A stretch of DNA of 64,000 nucleotides from an uncultured Nitrospiraceae bacterium (GTDB taxonomy: Bacteria > Nitrospirota > Thermodesulfovibrionia > Thermodesulfovibrionales > Dissulfurispiraceae), in contig CAVPIW010000009.1 of assembly GCA_963705105.1 (NCBI GenBank), positions 1 through 64,000 on the forward strand, read 5' to 3'. The notes below the pieces were generated by a model that was not told the origin of the DNA, ran no database searches, and was given only the letters and a program-made list of their open reading frames with translations. Positions 53,298-62,622 of this stretch are shown here, one piece after another (positions within the stretch are counted from its first letter, which is position 1; the number at the start of each line of letters is the position of its first letter). A program made the translations under genes and the position numbers.

Positions 53298-53825
53298 TTA
53301 TCTGATCATGCTCTCGGCTATGCGGATGACCTCTGCGGGCGTCGACCGCATGCTGACACGCATATGGTATGGCCCTTCACGCCATTCCACGCGGCTGCAG
53401 ATCCCCGTTCCCCCGCATTCCCCGGTCTCGAGGAGCGCGTCTTTCTCCCGCAACTTGTAGGAAAGGCGCTCTTTCACGGGCCGGATTCTTATCTTTTCGG
53501 AAGGAGGAAAATCAGCGGAGGCGGCTTGCGTAATCACGACAGCGGTTTCACCCTGCAGCTCGTTTCTGAATTCCAGCACGACGGCTACATAGGGCCTGGT
53601 CTGAGCCATTATTTCGGTGGGCGGCCAGGACAGGTTCTGTGGTATATAAGCGGGCACGTGGAGGTCCCTGATCTTTAATTTTTCTCTCATCTCCTCGATC
53701 GTCCCGTACCTCTTCATCGACCCTTCCTGCAGCACCTGGGGCAGCCAGTTGGTGATCGAGAGGAATATGACGACAAACGCCACACCGAAAAGAAAGAGGA
53801 GAGTCCCTATGAGATTCCTTTTCAT
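53298..53825 (-). CDS. Hypothetical membrane-anchored protein
   Basis: N-terminal TM; VPAYIPQNLSWPP. Confidence 0.6.
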   Translation of the reverse strand: MKRNLIGTLLFLFGVAFVVIFLSITNWLPQVLQEGSMKRYGTIEEMREKLKIRDLHVPAYIPQNLSWPPTEIMAQTRPYVAVVLEFRNELQGETAVVITQAASADFPPSEKIRIRPVKERLSYKLREKDALLETGECGGTGICSRVEWREGPYHMRVSMRSTPAEVIRIAESMIR

Positions 53826-53892
53826 ATGCTTCCGTCCGCAACTGGTACAAAAGGTACCCCGCCGCATAAAGCGATGTCAAGAAGGGCCGGGA

Positions 53893-54882
53893 TCATACGA
53901 CGAAAAAATTCAGCACCACAACTGCCAGGAGCGTCAGCACCCAGGGGTACCATGCCCCCTCCTCTCTTCCCGCCCGGTCGTCTCCGAGCCTGCTGATCCT
54001 GCTCTCGATCTGCAGGTTGTGGCTGTATTGGATAAGTTTCTCTCCCGAGTCGACCTTGTTGCCTTCTTTGCCCGTTTCACCACCCGGCATGTGGTAGAAC
54101 TTCTTCAGCACCCCGGCGAGCGCCTCAGGCTTCCCGGTGACGGCGACGGCGGCATCGTCGCAGATTTTTTCCTCAAGTTGGACGATTCTCCTGAATTCGA
54201 GCAGGACGACGGGATTGAAAAACATGAGGACGCGCAGGAAGAACACGACCATAAGAACGGGCCGCTTGTTCCGGTCTATATGGGCGAGTTCATGCACGAG
54301 GGCAGCCTTGAGCTGGTCCTCTGTCAAATCATGCACAAGCCCTGACGAGATAACGACCGCCGTCTCCCCTTTTGTGTTCGAATAGAGAAACATCTCGTCG
54401 CTTTCGACGACATGTACAGCGGGCAGAGGTCCGGGAAGGGCAGTGCGTACCCGCTGCAACAGCTGATCGTCCGCCCCGTTCGGCGACGTGGAAGGCGGGG
54501 CCGATCCGCCGGCGTGCTTCACGATCGGGATGAGCTCCTGAAAGACGAAGACCGCTGTGGTGATGGCGAGAACGGCGAGCAGGAGCGTTGCTGCGAGGGG
54601 CACGGCGCCCCACAGATCGATTGTCAGCCAGCGGTTGCTGTCAAAGAGGGCGTTAATCCTGAACGACACGGAACCCCTCGACGGGAACAGTGCCTGATAG
54701 AGCGGGAAAGAGAGGACCGGGAGGGTTATGACGAGCAGGGCGAAGCGCTGACGGGCAAGGGGGTTCTCGATCGCCCAGACCCTGATGGCCATCTCTGCAA
54801 GGAGGAGAGCAACGAGAGAGTGGCAGCATGCCTGGACTATGAACATGCCCGGATAGGATGCGAAAAAGCTCGACAGGCTCAT
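53893..54882 (-). CDS. M56/M48-like membrane zinc metallopeptidase (BlaR1-like)
   Basis: HELAH, FFNPV, EKICDDAA; TM helices. Confidence 0.8.
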   Translation of the reverse strand: MSLSSFFASYPGMFIVQACCHSLVALLLAEMAIRVWAIENPLARQRFALLVITLPVLSFPLYQALFPSRGSVSFRINALFDSNRWLTIDLWGAVPLAATLLLAVLAITTAVFVFQELIPIVKHAGGSAPPSTSPNGADDQLLQRVRTALPGPLPAVHVVESDEMFLYSNTKGETAVVISSGLVHDLTEDQLKAALVHELAHIDRNKRPVLMVVFFLRVLMFFNPVVLLEFRRIVQLEEKICDDAAVAVTGKPEALAGVLKKFYHMPGGETGKEGNKVDSGEKLIQYSHNLQIESRISRLGDDRAGREEGAWYPWVLTLLAVVVLNFFVV

Positions 54883-54913
54883 CGGTTTTCGGTGCCGGGC
54901 AGGTGAGCGCCGG

Positions 54914-56686
54914 TTAGCCCATGGACAGGGTCACCGGCAGCTCTATCGTGCAGACCGTTCCCTCGCCGGGACTGGTCGTCACATCCATAGGCATCCCCAT
55001 CATCGCCGAAAGTTCGCGGGCAATGACGATGCCGGCAGGTTCATGATCCGAATTGCCCCCTCCGCCCGCATCTGCAACGATCACTTCGGCGGACTCCCTT
55101 CCGTCCCGGACGAGCAGTGTCGCGAGGCAGGTGACCGTGCCGGCGGCGGCGGACAGGGCGGCGCTTCTCAGCAGGCTGACGATGATCCTCCTCAGGCATT
55201 CCTTGTCAGCCTCAATGTTGCGGTCGTGAAAGACCTCGTGGCAATCCACGATGAGATCCCCTTCCCCGGCGTCCATGGCTCCCCGGAGGGCCTCCTCGAT
55301 TTCGGACAGGAGGATGCAGAGATTGAACTGGCCGGGAGCAATCGATGCCTCGCCTCTCTTCAGCCTGACGAGGAAGGACAGGTCATCGAGGACTTGGCGG
55401 AGACCGGCGGCAGCCTCACGGGCCCGGAGAAGCGGCACCGTGTCCTTCGCCGCTATGCCCTTTTTCTCAAATGCCGCGGAAATACCGACAGCGATGTCAT
55501 CAAGAAAAGGCGCCGCAAGAGCGGGGAGATGCTCGATGGGCTGCTGCACCGTCAGATCCTGAACGATCCCTTCCGTCCCGGCCTCCTCTGCACGCTTCTC
55601 TGCTGACGCCCCGAGAGACCTGATGGCCGACCGCAGGGCCAGCATCTCTCCCTTGTATGTCTCCTGGAAGTCCGTCATTTTGCCGCCTTCCGTGGCGATC
55701 CAGAGCGCCGATTGCAGCTCCGCGGCAGGTCTCGTGATGAGACGACCTGAACGCGCTGCAAGGACGACGAGGAAAAGCAGCAAAAGCATGCCGAAGCCAC
55801 CATAGGCGATGACGACCGGCAACGGCGGCAGGGCGATGCCGGAGGGTCCCGCATTGTAGATGAGATGAAAGGGCGCGTTCCGGAGGTTCAGCGAGGCGAA
55901 GGTGCTGTCGTCCTTCCTGTAGGGAACTCCGTCCCTGTTATGGGGTTCCAGCAGGCGTATACTCTTCGCGGGAATACCCTCACGCGTCATGATGACGGCA
56001 TAGGTCCTGTCGGTGAGCACGACGCCCTCCTGACCGGTCCTTCCCTCGAAACCGAGAAGCCCTTTCAGGTCGCCCGGATCGGCAAGGGTATAGAGGAGAG
56101 CGACCCGCTCATGGGTCGCATTGAGGATCGGCGTGACGAGAAGGATCCCGTAGTCCGCATCGCCGAACTGCTCCATGCCCAGCACCTCCGTCGTTTTCAG
56201 CTCCTCCGTTTCCTTCCTGAAGAAGGGCTTTTCAGACCAGTCGTCGCCGGCGAAGTCGGGATTGCTGCTCGACAGCACCCTGCCGTCCTTCGAAAGGAGG
56301 ACAAAAAGGCGGTACCTCCCCGACGATGCCTTGTCCCGCAGGCATTCCGTGATGATGAGCTGAGACAACGAGAGCCCGCCCCGGCGGTTGACTCCAGGAC
56401 TGTTCACTTGCCCGGACGGTGTGCCGAGGAGCATGAGGAGGTTTCCCCTGAGGACGCTCATGCGGGAAAAATTCTCGATGTCGTTTTTCAGAAAGGCGAA
56501 CCACGAATCGACGGCAAGCCTCTTTTCGAAGATCACCCTGCCGGCCCGGACGTCCGACTCATGGGCCGGATACAGGCTGGTCCAGGCGACGTAGGCTATC
56601 CCGCAGGAGAGGTAGAGAAGAAAAAGGATGCCCAGGGGGATGACGGCCAGCCGGGAGCCGAGGCGACTGAAAAAACCCGTCTTCAT
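54914..56686 (-). CDS. Cache-domain membrane sensor with a degenerate histidine kinase region
   Basis: 2 TM + Cache-like region; HATPase-like remnants (VADAGGG, SPGEGT) without H or N boxes. Confidence 0.6.
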   Translation of the reverse strand: MKTGFFSRLGSRLAVIPLGILFLLYLSCGIAYVAWTSLYPAHESDVRAGRVIFEKRLAVDSWFAFLKNDIENFSRMSVLRGNLLMLLGTPSGQVNSPGVNRRGGLSLSQLIITECLRDKASSGRYRLFVLLSKDGRVLSSSNPDFAGDDWSEKPFFRKETEELKTTEVLGMEQFGDADYGILLVTPILNATHERVALLYTLADPGDLKGLLGFEGRTGQEGVVLTDRTYAVIMTREGIPAKSIRLLEPHNRDGVPYRKDDSTFASLNLRNAPFHLIYNAGPSGIALPPLPVVIAYGGFGMLLLLFLVVLAARSGRLITRPAAELQSALWIATEGGKMTDFQETYKGEMLALRSAIRSLGASAEKRAEEAGTEGIVQDLTVQQPIEHLPALAAPFLDDIAVGISAAFEKKGIAAKDTVPLLRAREAAAGLRQVLDDLSFLVRLKRGEASIAPGQFNLCILLSEIEEALRGAMDAGEGDLIVDCHEVFHDRNIEADKECLRRIIVSLLRSAALSAAAGTVTCLATLLVRDGRESAEVIVADAGGGGNSDHEPAGIVIARELSAMMGMPMDVTTSPGEGTVCTIELPVTLSMG

Positions 56687-58227
56687 GCGCCCCTGCCCCG
56701 GCGATCGAGGGTCCGCACCGTTTTCAGGAGGGCCTCGGCCTTTCTCAGGGTCTCATAGTACTCCCGCTCGGGATCGGAATCGGCGACGATGCCCGCGCCG
56801 ACCTGGACGTAGGCGAAGCCGTCCCGGACCATGAAAGTCCTGATGATGATGTTCAGATCCATGTCGCCGGAGAAGCCGACATATCCGAGTGAACCGGTGT
56901 AAACGCCACGCCGGACGGGCTCGAGCTCATCGATGATCTCCATGCACCGTACCTTCGGCACGCCCGTGATCGTGCCTCCCGGAAAGGTGGCCCTGATGAG
57001 GTCGTAACAGGTCTTCCCCTCCCGGAGCTCCCCCCTGACGTTGGAAACGATATGGATCACGTGCGAATAATCCTCGGTGATCATAAGCTCATCGACGAAA
57101 ACGGTCCCGAAGGCGGAGACCCTGCCGATGTCGTTCCGCTCCAGATCGATGAGCATGATGTGCTCGGCCCGCTCTTTCTCGTTGAGGAGGAGCTCGGACC
57201 TCATGAATTCGTCCTCCGAGACATCCCGGCCCCTCGGCCGCGTTCCCGCAATGGGCCGCGTGTCGATGACCCCCTTCCGGAGCCTTACGAGACGCTCCGG
57301 AGAGGAGCTCACGATCCGGTAATCGCCGAAGTCGACATACCCGGCAAAGGGTGACGGGTTGACAGTCCTCAGGACCCGGTAGATTTCCCAGGGATCCAGC
57401 GACCCGATCGAGACGGCGATGCGCTGGGACAGGTTCGCCTGGAAGATGTCGCCGGCGGCGATATACTCCTTGGCCCGCCTGACCATATCCATGTAATGCT
57501 CTTTCTTCATCTCGTAGATGATGTCGAGAGCCTGCCCCGTGGGAGTTTCAGGGGAAAGGGCGCCGTCCTCTTCGGCGGACAGGACAACCGTGCAGATATC
57601 ATGGAGCGCCTCCTCTGCCTCGTCATACGCTGCAGCCCAGTCGATGGTCGTGATGTCACGGAACCCCAGGTCCGTCTGCCGTGCGCCGGGCGCGACGATG
57701 ATCCAGGCCCTGTGCTGCATGTGGTCGAAGGCGATGACCTTGTCGACGAGGAGAAAGTGCGCGTCCGGCGTGCCGAGATCGTCCAGGGAGTTCGCCGGGA
57801 TGTCCTCTATGTAGCGGACGAAATCGTAGGAGAGCATGCCGATGGCGCCGCCCTGGAAGGGAGGAAGATCGGGCGACGGCTTCTGGGGATAGACACTCAG
57901 CAACTCGCCGAGACGGTCGAGGGGATCTCTGAAGGAGACGGTCTCCCTTCCGCCGGGCAGGGAGATCGTCCTGACTTCCCCACCCTTGACGCGGAATTCC
58001 ATGTAGGGATCGAAGGCAATAATGGAATGGACGGCGATCTTGTCGTTTCCCTTGAGGCTCTCGAAGATGACGGACCTGTCCGCAGATCCCCTTGAGCGGA
58101 CGATGGACCGGTAGAGCAGGTGAGGATCACAATACGGAATTTCAGCGGCCAGGGGAGGAACCCGTCCCGCTTTCACATCCTCAAGGAAAAGCCGCTTCTT
58201 TGCGTTTCCCTCAATGGGACGGTTCAT
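56683..58227 (-). CDS. Anthranilate/aminodeoxychorismate synthase component I (TrpE/PabB family)
   Basis: PFQGG, GDIFQANLS, SSPER, PIAGTRPRG, KERAEHIMLIDLERND, PGGTITGVPK. Confidence 0.9.
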   Translation of the reverse strand: MNRPIEGNAKKRLFLEDVKAGRVPPLAAEIPYCDPHLLYRSIVRSRGSADRSVIFESLKGNDKIAVHSIIAFDPYMEFRVKGGEVRTISLPGGRETVSFRDPLDRLGELLSVYPQKPSPDLPPFQGGAIGMLSYDFVRYIEDIPANSLDDLGTPDAHFLLVDKVIAFDHMQHRAWIIVAPGARQTDLGFRDITTIDWAAAYDEAEEALHDICTVVLSAEEDGALSPETPTGQALDIIYEMKKEHYMDMVRRAKEYIAAGDIFQANLSQRIAVSIGSLDPWEIYRVLRTVNPSPFAGYVDFGDYRIVSSSPERLVRLRKGVIDTRPIAGTRPRGRDVSEDEFMRSELLLNEKERAEHIMLIDLERNDIGRVSAFGTVFVDELMITEDYSHVIHIVSNVRGELREGKTCYDLIRATFPGGTITGVPKVRCMEIIDELEPVRRGVYTGSLGYVGFSGDMDLNIIIRTFMVRDGFAYVQVGAGIVADSDPEREYYETLRKAEALLKTVRTLDRRGRGA

Positions 58228-58232
58228 GCCGC

Positions 58233-58781
58233 TCAGAGCCTCGGGAGGGTGATGCCGCGCTGGGCCTGATACTTTCCCGCCTTGTCGCGGTAAGAGATCC
58301 CGCAGACCTCCGACGCCTGGAGAAAGATGAGCTGGGCGATGCCCTCGTTGGCGTAGATCCTGGCCGGCAGGGGCGTGGTATTGGAGATCTCGACGGTCAC
58401 GTGACCCTCCCACTCCGGCTCAAGGGGCGTCACGGTGACGACGATGCCGCACCGCGCATAGGTCGATTTCCCGAGACAGATGACGAGCACATCCCGGGGG
58501 ATCCTGAAATACTCGATCGAGCTGGCAAGGGCGAAGGAGTTGGGGGGGATGAGGCAGACAGGCCCCTTGTGGTCGACGAAGCTCCGGGGATCGAAGCCCT
58601 TGGGATCCACGACGGTGCTGTTGATGTTCGTGAATATCTTGAACTCGTCACCGATCCTCATATCAAATCCGTAGGAGCTTACACCGTAGGATATGACACC
58701 TTCCCGCACCTGGCTCTCCTGAAAGGGCTCGATCATCCCCTTCCTGGCCATCTCCGTGATCCACCGGTCGTTTTTTACCAT
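58233..58781 (-). CDS. dcd: dCTP deaminase
   Basis: [34 protein letters not shown]. Confidence 0.95.
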   Translation of the reverse strand: MVKNDRWITEMARKGMIEPFQESQVREGVISYGVSSYGFDMRIGDEFKIFTNINSTVVDPKGFDPRSFVDHKGPVCLIPPNSFALASSIEYFRIPRDVLVICLGKSTYARCGIVVTVTPLEPEWEGHVTVEISNTTPLPARIYANEGIAQLIFLQASEVCGISYRDKAGKYQAQRGITLPRL

Positions 58782-58807
58782 ACTATCCTCATCAGTTATT
58801 AAGGCAC

Positions 58808-58851
58808 TAAGTCAGTAGTCACTAGTCATTAGTCACTAAGTCATTCAGTCA
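58808..58851. repeat. Short tandem repeat (TAGTCAY-like)n
   Basis: taagtcag tagtcac tagtcat tagtcac taagtcat tcagtca. Confidence 0.7.
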
Positions 58852-58896
58852 ACAGCCGGAACCGTGCCACAAATACCCGGGAGACATCGCTGAATC

Positions 58897-59139
58897 TCAT
58901 TCCAAGGAACCGTCATCGTCGTACGCAGCGGCCATCTGCCGGAGCAGTTTGAGCGTCTCCTGGGCCGCTTCCTCGTCGAGGCTATGAATGGCGAAACCGG
59001 CGTGGACGAGCACGTAATCGCCGATCTTCGGCTCCTCCGGCAGCAGGAGCAGGCTCACCTTCTTCCTGGCCCCCGAAATGTCGACGGTGGCGACAAGGTC
59101 TTCGATCTCGATGATCCGTGACGGGATGGCAAGGCACAT
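58897..59139 (-). CDS. hypC: Hydrogenase maturation chaperone HypC
   Basis: MCLAIP, GDYVLVHAGFAI. Confidence 0.95.
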   Translation of the reverse strand: MCLAIPSRIIEIEDLVATVDISGARKKVSLLLLPEEPKIGDYVLVHAGFAIHSLDEEAAQETLKLLRQMAAAYDDDGSLE

Positions 59140-59269
59140 GGGCGGTTCCTTCCTCTTCTCCGGTGTGATAATACCTGAAATCCTACTATTTTCGCACGTC
59201 CGTCCTCGTGCCTGTCAATACCCCGGCCATTGGCGGCAATGAATAAGCCTATCAGCGTCAACTCCCTCC

Positions 59270-59848
59270 GGAAAGGCGGGGCGTATGCGCCATTCAAACA
59301 GCAGACATCTGATCAAAACCGCCCTGACGGGAAGGCTGATGTGGTGAAAAGCCTTTCCGCTAAGATACCTTGTTCATCCCCAGACCACACCTTGCCGTGT
59401 CGATCGATACCACAAGCCCGTCAGGCAACAGGCGCGGAACACCCGGAGATGTCTCATCATCGCATTGGAAAGGCCTTGAACCATATCTGCCTTCCCGGAG
59501 GGGGAGCAGACATCAGCAGGGCTTTGAGACGCTTCGCTCCGCCTTTCCACCGAGACGCGAACGCCTTCCGGAAAGGCGGGGTGGATGCGCCATTCCAACA
59601 GCAGACATCTGATCAAAACCGCCCTGACGGGAAGGCTGATGTGGTGAAAAGCCTTTCCGCTAAGATACCTTGTTCATCCCCAGACCACACCTTGCCGTGT
59701 CGATGGATACCACAAGCCCGTCAGGCAACAGGCGCGGAACACCCGGAGATGTCTCATCATCGCATTGGAAAGGCCTTGAACCATATCTGCCTTCCCGGAG
59801 GGGGAGCAGACATCAGCAGGGCTTTGAGACGCTTCGCCCCGCCTTTCC
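59270..59848 (+). repeat. Palindromic element copies R7 (59270-59548) and R8 (59570-59848), tandem with a 300-bp period, module B nested
   Basis: GGAAAGGCGGGG...C(T/C)CCGCCTTTCC; about 5 substitutions between the copies. Confidence 0.9.
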
Positions 59849-59865
59849 ACCGAGGATTGAACGGG

Positions 59866-60333
59866 TCAGCCTTTTCCCCGGCGTTCCCGGAAAAACCGCG
59901 TCAGCAGGGACGCGCATTCCTCACCGAGCACTCCCCTCTCGACAGCGACCTGGTGGTTCAGTCGAGGATCGGAGAGGATCCGGTAGAGGCTCACGACAGC
60001 TCCACCCTTCGGGTCGTCGCAGCCGTAGACCAACCTGCCGAGCCGCGCGTTGACCATCGTGCCGGCGCACATGACACAGGGTTCCTTCGTCACATAGACC
60101 GTGGCCCCGGTGAGCCTCCATGTGCCGAGGGACAACGCTGCCGAGCGCATGACGAGGACCTCCGCGTGGGCCGTCGGGTCGGAGGTCTTCTCTCTCTGGT
60201 TATGAGACGATGCGACGACGACACCATTCATGACAAGAACGGCCCCGACAGGGACGTCACCGTTCCGCAGCGCCTCTTCGGCCTCGCGGAGGGCGAGCGT
60301 CATGAATGCTTCGTCAGAAGCCAGTCCACCCAC
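59866..60333 (-). CDS. tadA: tRNA adenosine(34) deaminase
   Basis: VPVGAV, DPTAHAE, EPCVMCAG, RLNH. Confidence 0.92.
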   Translation of the reverse strand: MGGLASDEAFMTLALREAEEALRNGDVPVGAVLVMNGVVVASSHNQREKTSDPTAHAEVLVMRSAALSLGTWRLTGATVYVTKEPCVMCAGTMVNARLGRLVYGCDDPKGGAVVSLYRILSDPRLNHQVAVERGVLGEECASLLTRFFRERRGKG

Positions 60334-60944
60334 CGGTCGACGCCCTCTCCGGTCCTGCAGGAGACCTCGAAAATCGCAGCGGAGGGATTCAGTGAAAGAA
60401 CGTCACTCCTGATCTTTCCGACATCCACGTCGATATAGGGCATCAGGTCGATCTTGTTCAGGATGACGGCCGACGACTCCTGGAACATGCGGGGATATTT
60501 GAGGGGTTTGTCGTGCCCCTCCGTCAGGCTCAGGATCATCGCCTTCATGTCTTCACCAACGGCGAATTCGGCGGGGCAGACCAGGTTGCCCACATTCTCG
60601 ATGAAGAGCAGGTCCAGTTCCCGCAGGGGCAGGTCCGGAAGCACGGCGTAGATCATGTTCGCATCGAGATGGCAGGCGCCGCCGGTGTTGATCTGGACGA
60701 CGGGCACACCGAGCCGCTCTATCCGCAGCGCGTCATCGGTGCCGGTGATATCGCCCTCTATGACGCCGACCCTCCTCCTGTCCCTCAATCCGCCGATCGT
60801 CCGCTCCAGGAGTGATGTCTTGCCCGCGCCGGGCGAACTCATAAGATTGATCACGCAGACCCCGGATTCCCTGAAGAGCCTCCTGTTTTCCCCGGCGATC
60901 CTCTCGTTCGCATCGAGAATCCGGCTTGCAAGGCTGACCTTCAT
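60300..60944 (-). CDS. hypB: Hydrogenase nickel incorporation GTPase HypB
   Basis: SSPGAGKT, TGGACHLDA, ENVGNLVCPA, DKPLKYP, NKID. Confidence 0.96.
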   Translation of the reverse strand: MKVSLASRILDANERIAGENRRLFRESGVCVINLMSSPGAGKTSLLERTIGGLRDRRRVGVIEGDITGTDDALRIERLGVPVVQINTGGACHLDANMIYAVLPDLPLRELDLLFIENVGNLVCPAEFAVGEDMKAMILSLTEGHDKPLKYPRMFQESSAVILNKIDLMPYIDVDVGKIRSDVLSLNPSAAIFEVSCRTGEGVDRWVDWLLTKHS

Positions 60945-61288
60945 TCATCGACCTCCATTTCCACGATATCGAGCTCCCGGCCCGTCAGAATGTCGTAGGA
61001 CGTGCCCTCACAAAGCGGACACTGCAGAATATATTTTTCTTCTACGGTGAAACGGCCGCCGCAGGCCCGGCATGCGCCGGTCAGGGGGACCTCGTCGATC
61101 AGGAGCGCCGCGCCCCGGGCGATCGTCTGCTCCTTGAGGGCGTCGAAGGCAAAAAGGAGAGCCTCTGGCAACACGCCAGAGGCCCTGCCGATCCTGACTG
61201 TAATGCTCTCTATCCTCTGAAATCCCCTCTCCCTGCACTCCCGGACGGCCGTGTCGAGGAGGCTTTCAGCAATGGAGACCTCATGCAC
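60941..61288 (-). CDS. hypA: Hydrogenase nickel metallochaperone HypA
   Basis: MHE, CRAC, CPLC, GREL. Confidence 0.95.
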   Translation of the reverse strand: MHEVSIAESLLDTAVRECRERGFQRIESITVRIGRASGVLPEALLFAFDALKEQTIARGAALLIDEVPLTGACRACGGRFTVEEKYILQCPLCEGTSYDILTGRELDIVEMEVDE

Positions 61289-61290
61289 CG

Positions 61291-61593
61291 TTACTTCTGG
61301 ACTTCCTTTTCGTAAGCCTGTTTGCCGGCGTCGAGGGCCGAGGTGAGCGCCGACTTCTGCTCTTCCAGGACTTCCTTGCCCTTGTCGATCGTCTGGGACA
61401 CCTTTTCCTTCGCCTGGCTCACGTACCCCGTCGTCTTCTCGGTCACATCGTCCGCCAGTTCACGTATCTTTTTCCGTGTCTCGGGGCCCGACTGCGGCGC
61501 GAGCAGGAATGCCAGACCGGCGCCGACGAGTCCGCCCAGCAGGAACGAGAGCAACACCGAGCCTGCGTTGAAACCACCTTCTTCGTGATGCAT
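61291..61593 (-). CDS. YtxH-domain protein
   Basis: FLLGGLVGAGLAFLLAPQSGPETRKKI. Confidence 0.85.
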   Translation of the reverse strand: MHHEEGGFNAGSVLLSFLLGGLVGAGLAFLLAPQSGPETRKKIRELADDVTEKTTGYVSQAKEKVSQTIDKGKEVLEEQKSALTSALDAGKQAYEKEVQK

Positions 61594-61597
61594 GCTA

Positions 61598-62005
61598 TCA
61601 CCTCCTGTGCTTGATTTGTTTCATGAACACGTCGACGGCCGTCCCGACACCGGCTTTCAGACCCAGCACCCGGAGGGACAGGCCTTCCCTCACCTCCGTG
61701 ACGAGAAGACTGAGGGCGTTCACGTTCGTCACGATGTCCGAGAGCGCCGACGAGAGGTTTCTCGCCTCGCCGGAGACCGTCGCGACATCATCGCTGATCC
61801 TTTTGATGTTTTTAAGCGCCTGCTCCGCCTCGACGAGGGCGGGGGTCATCTTCTCTTCCGCAGCTTTCAAAAAATCCTTTGCGCCGGCGACGACCTTCCT
61901 CACTTCGAGGGCTACAAAAATAAGGAAAAAGATTGCCGCAAGCAGAACGATAATCATGACGAAAAGGCCGCCGGTCAGGATGACGAGAAAGGGCTGGCTG
62001 ATCAT
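61598..62005 (-). CDS. DUF948-like membrane protein
   Basis: N-terminal TM plus coiled coil; usual partner of YtxH. Confidence 0.65.
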   Translation of the reverse strand: MISQPFLVILTGGLFVMIIVLLAAIFFLIFVALEVRKVVAGAKDFLKAAEEKMTPALVEAEQALKNIKRISDDVATVSGEARNLSSALSDIVTNVNALSLLVTEVREGLSLRVLGLKAGVGTAVDVFMKQIKHRR

Positions 62006-62031
62006 GTCTCCTCCTTCTTGTATTAAGTATA

Positions 62032-62622
62032 TCACATCCGCTCCCCTTGCCCGCCGCGGCGGGCCGTCTCCCTGAAAACGTGGAAAATACGATGGATGAC
62101 CGTCAGATGGCTCAGGACCAGGAGAATGACGAGGACCGGGATGATCCATCCGCTCATGCATCCCGCCGCTATGAGGACCACCCGCTCAGGACGCTCCATG
62201 AGCCCGACGTGACAGGAGATGCCGAGCCCCTCTGCCCTCGCCCTGACATAGCTGATCAGCAGGGCGCCCACAAGGCAGCCGAGGGTCAGGATCAGGCCGG
62301 CCTGGTCCTGCATCCTGAAGAAGTACCAGGCAAGGGCGATGAAGATGCACGAATCGGAGTACCTGTCGAGTGTCGAATCGAGAAAGGCCCCGAACTTCGT
62401 CCGCTGCTCGTTTATCCGCGCAACGATGCCGTCGAGGATGTCGAAGAGCCCCCCGAGGAGGATGAGAAGACCGCCTGCCATGATATGAAAGGGCAGGACC
62501 ACGGAGGCGGCAAGGGTGATGACAAAGCCGATGACGGAGATGACGTTCGGACTGAGCGGTATCTTTCGTGCGATCGGGGCAAGCGGTTTATCGAGAAAAT
62601 GTCCGAGTTTCGCACTCAGCAA
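62032..62622 (-). CDS. CDP-alcohol phosphatidyltransferase (PI-phosphate synthase-like)
   Basis: DILDGIVAR...GAFLDSTLDRYSD; SYVRARAE; GLMERPER. Confidence 0.88.
   Translation of the reverse strand: MLSAKLGHFLDKPLAPIARKIPLSPNVISVIGFVITLAASVVLPFHIMAGGLLILLGGLFDILDGIVARINEQRTKFGAFLDSTLDRYSDSCIFIALAWYFFRMQDQAGLILTLGCLVGALLISYVRARAEGLGISCHVGLMERPERVVLIAAGCMSGWIIPVLVILLVLSHLTVIHRIFHVFRETARRGGQGERM

Noticed and set aside
59300..59514. 10-bp direct repeat AGCAGACATC flanking module B as a target-site duplication
   Set aside because: It is absent from R6, where GGGGAGCAGAC and ATCAGC are separated by extra sequence, so the second copy looks like a deletion product.
59230..60438. 402-aa + strand ORF with an internal 100-aa repeat
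   Set aside because: It is read-through of the 300-bp tandem element and the antisense strand of tadA/hypB; no recognisable protein features.
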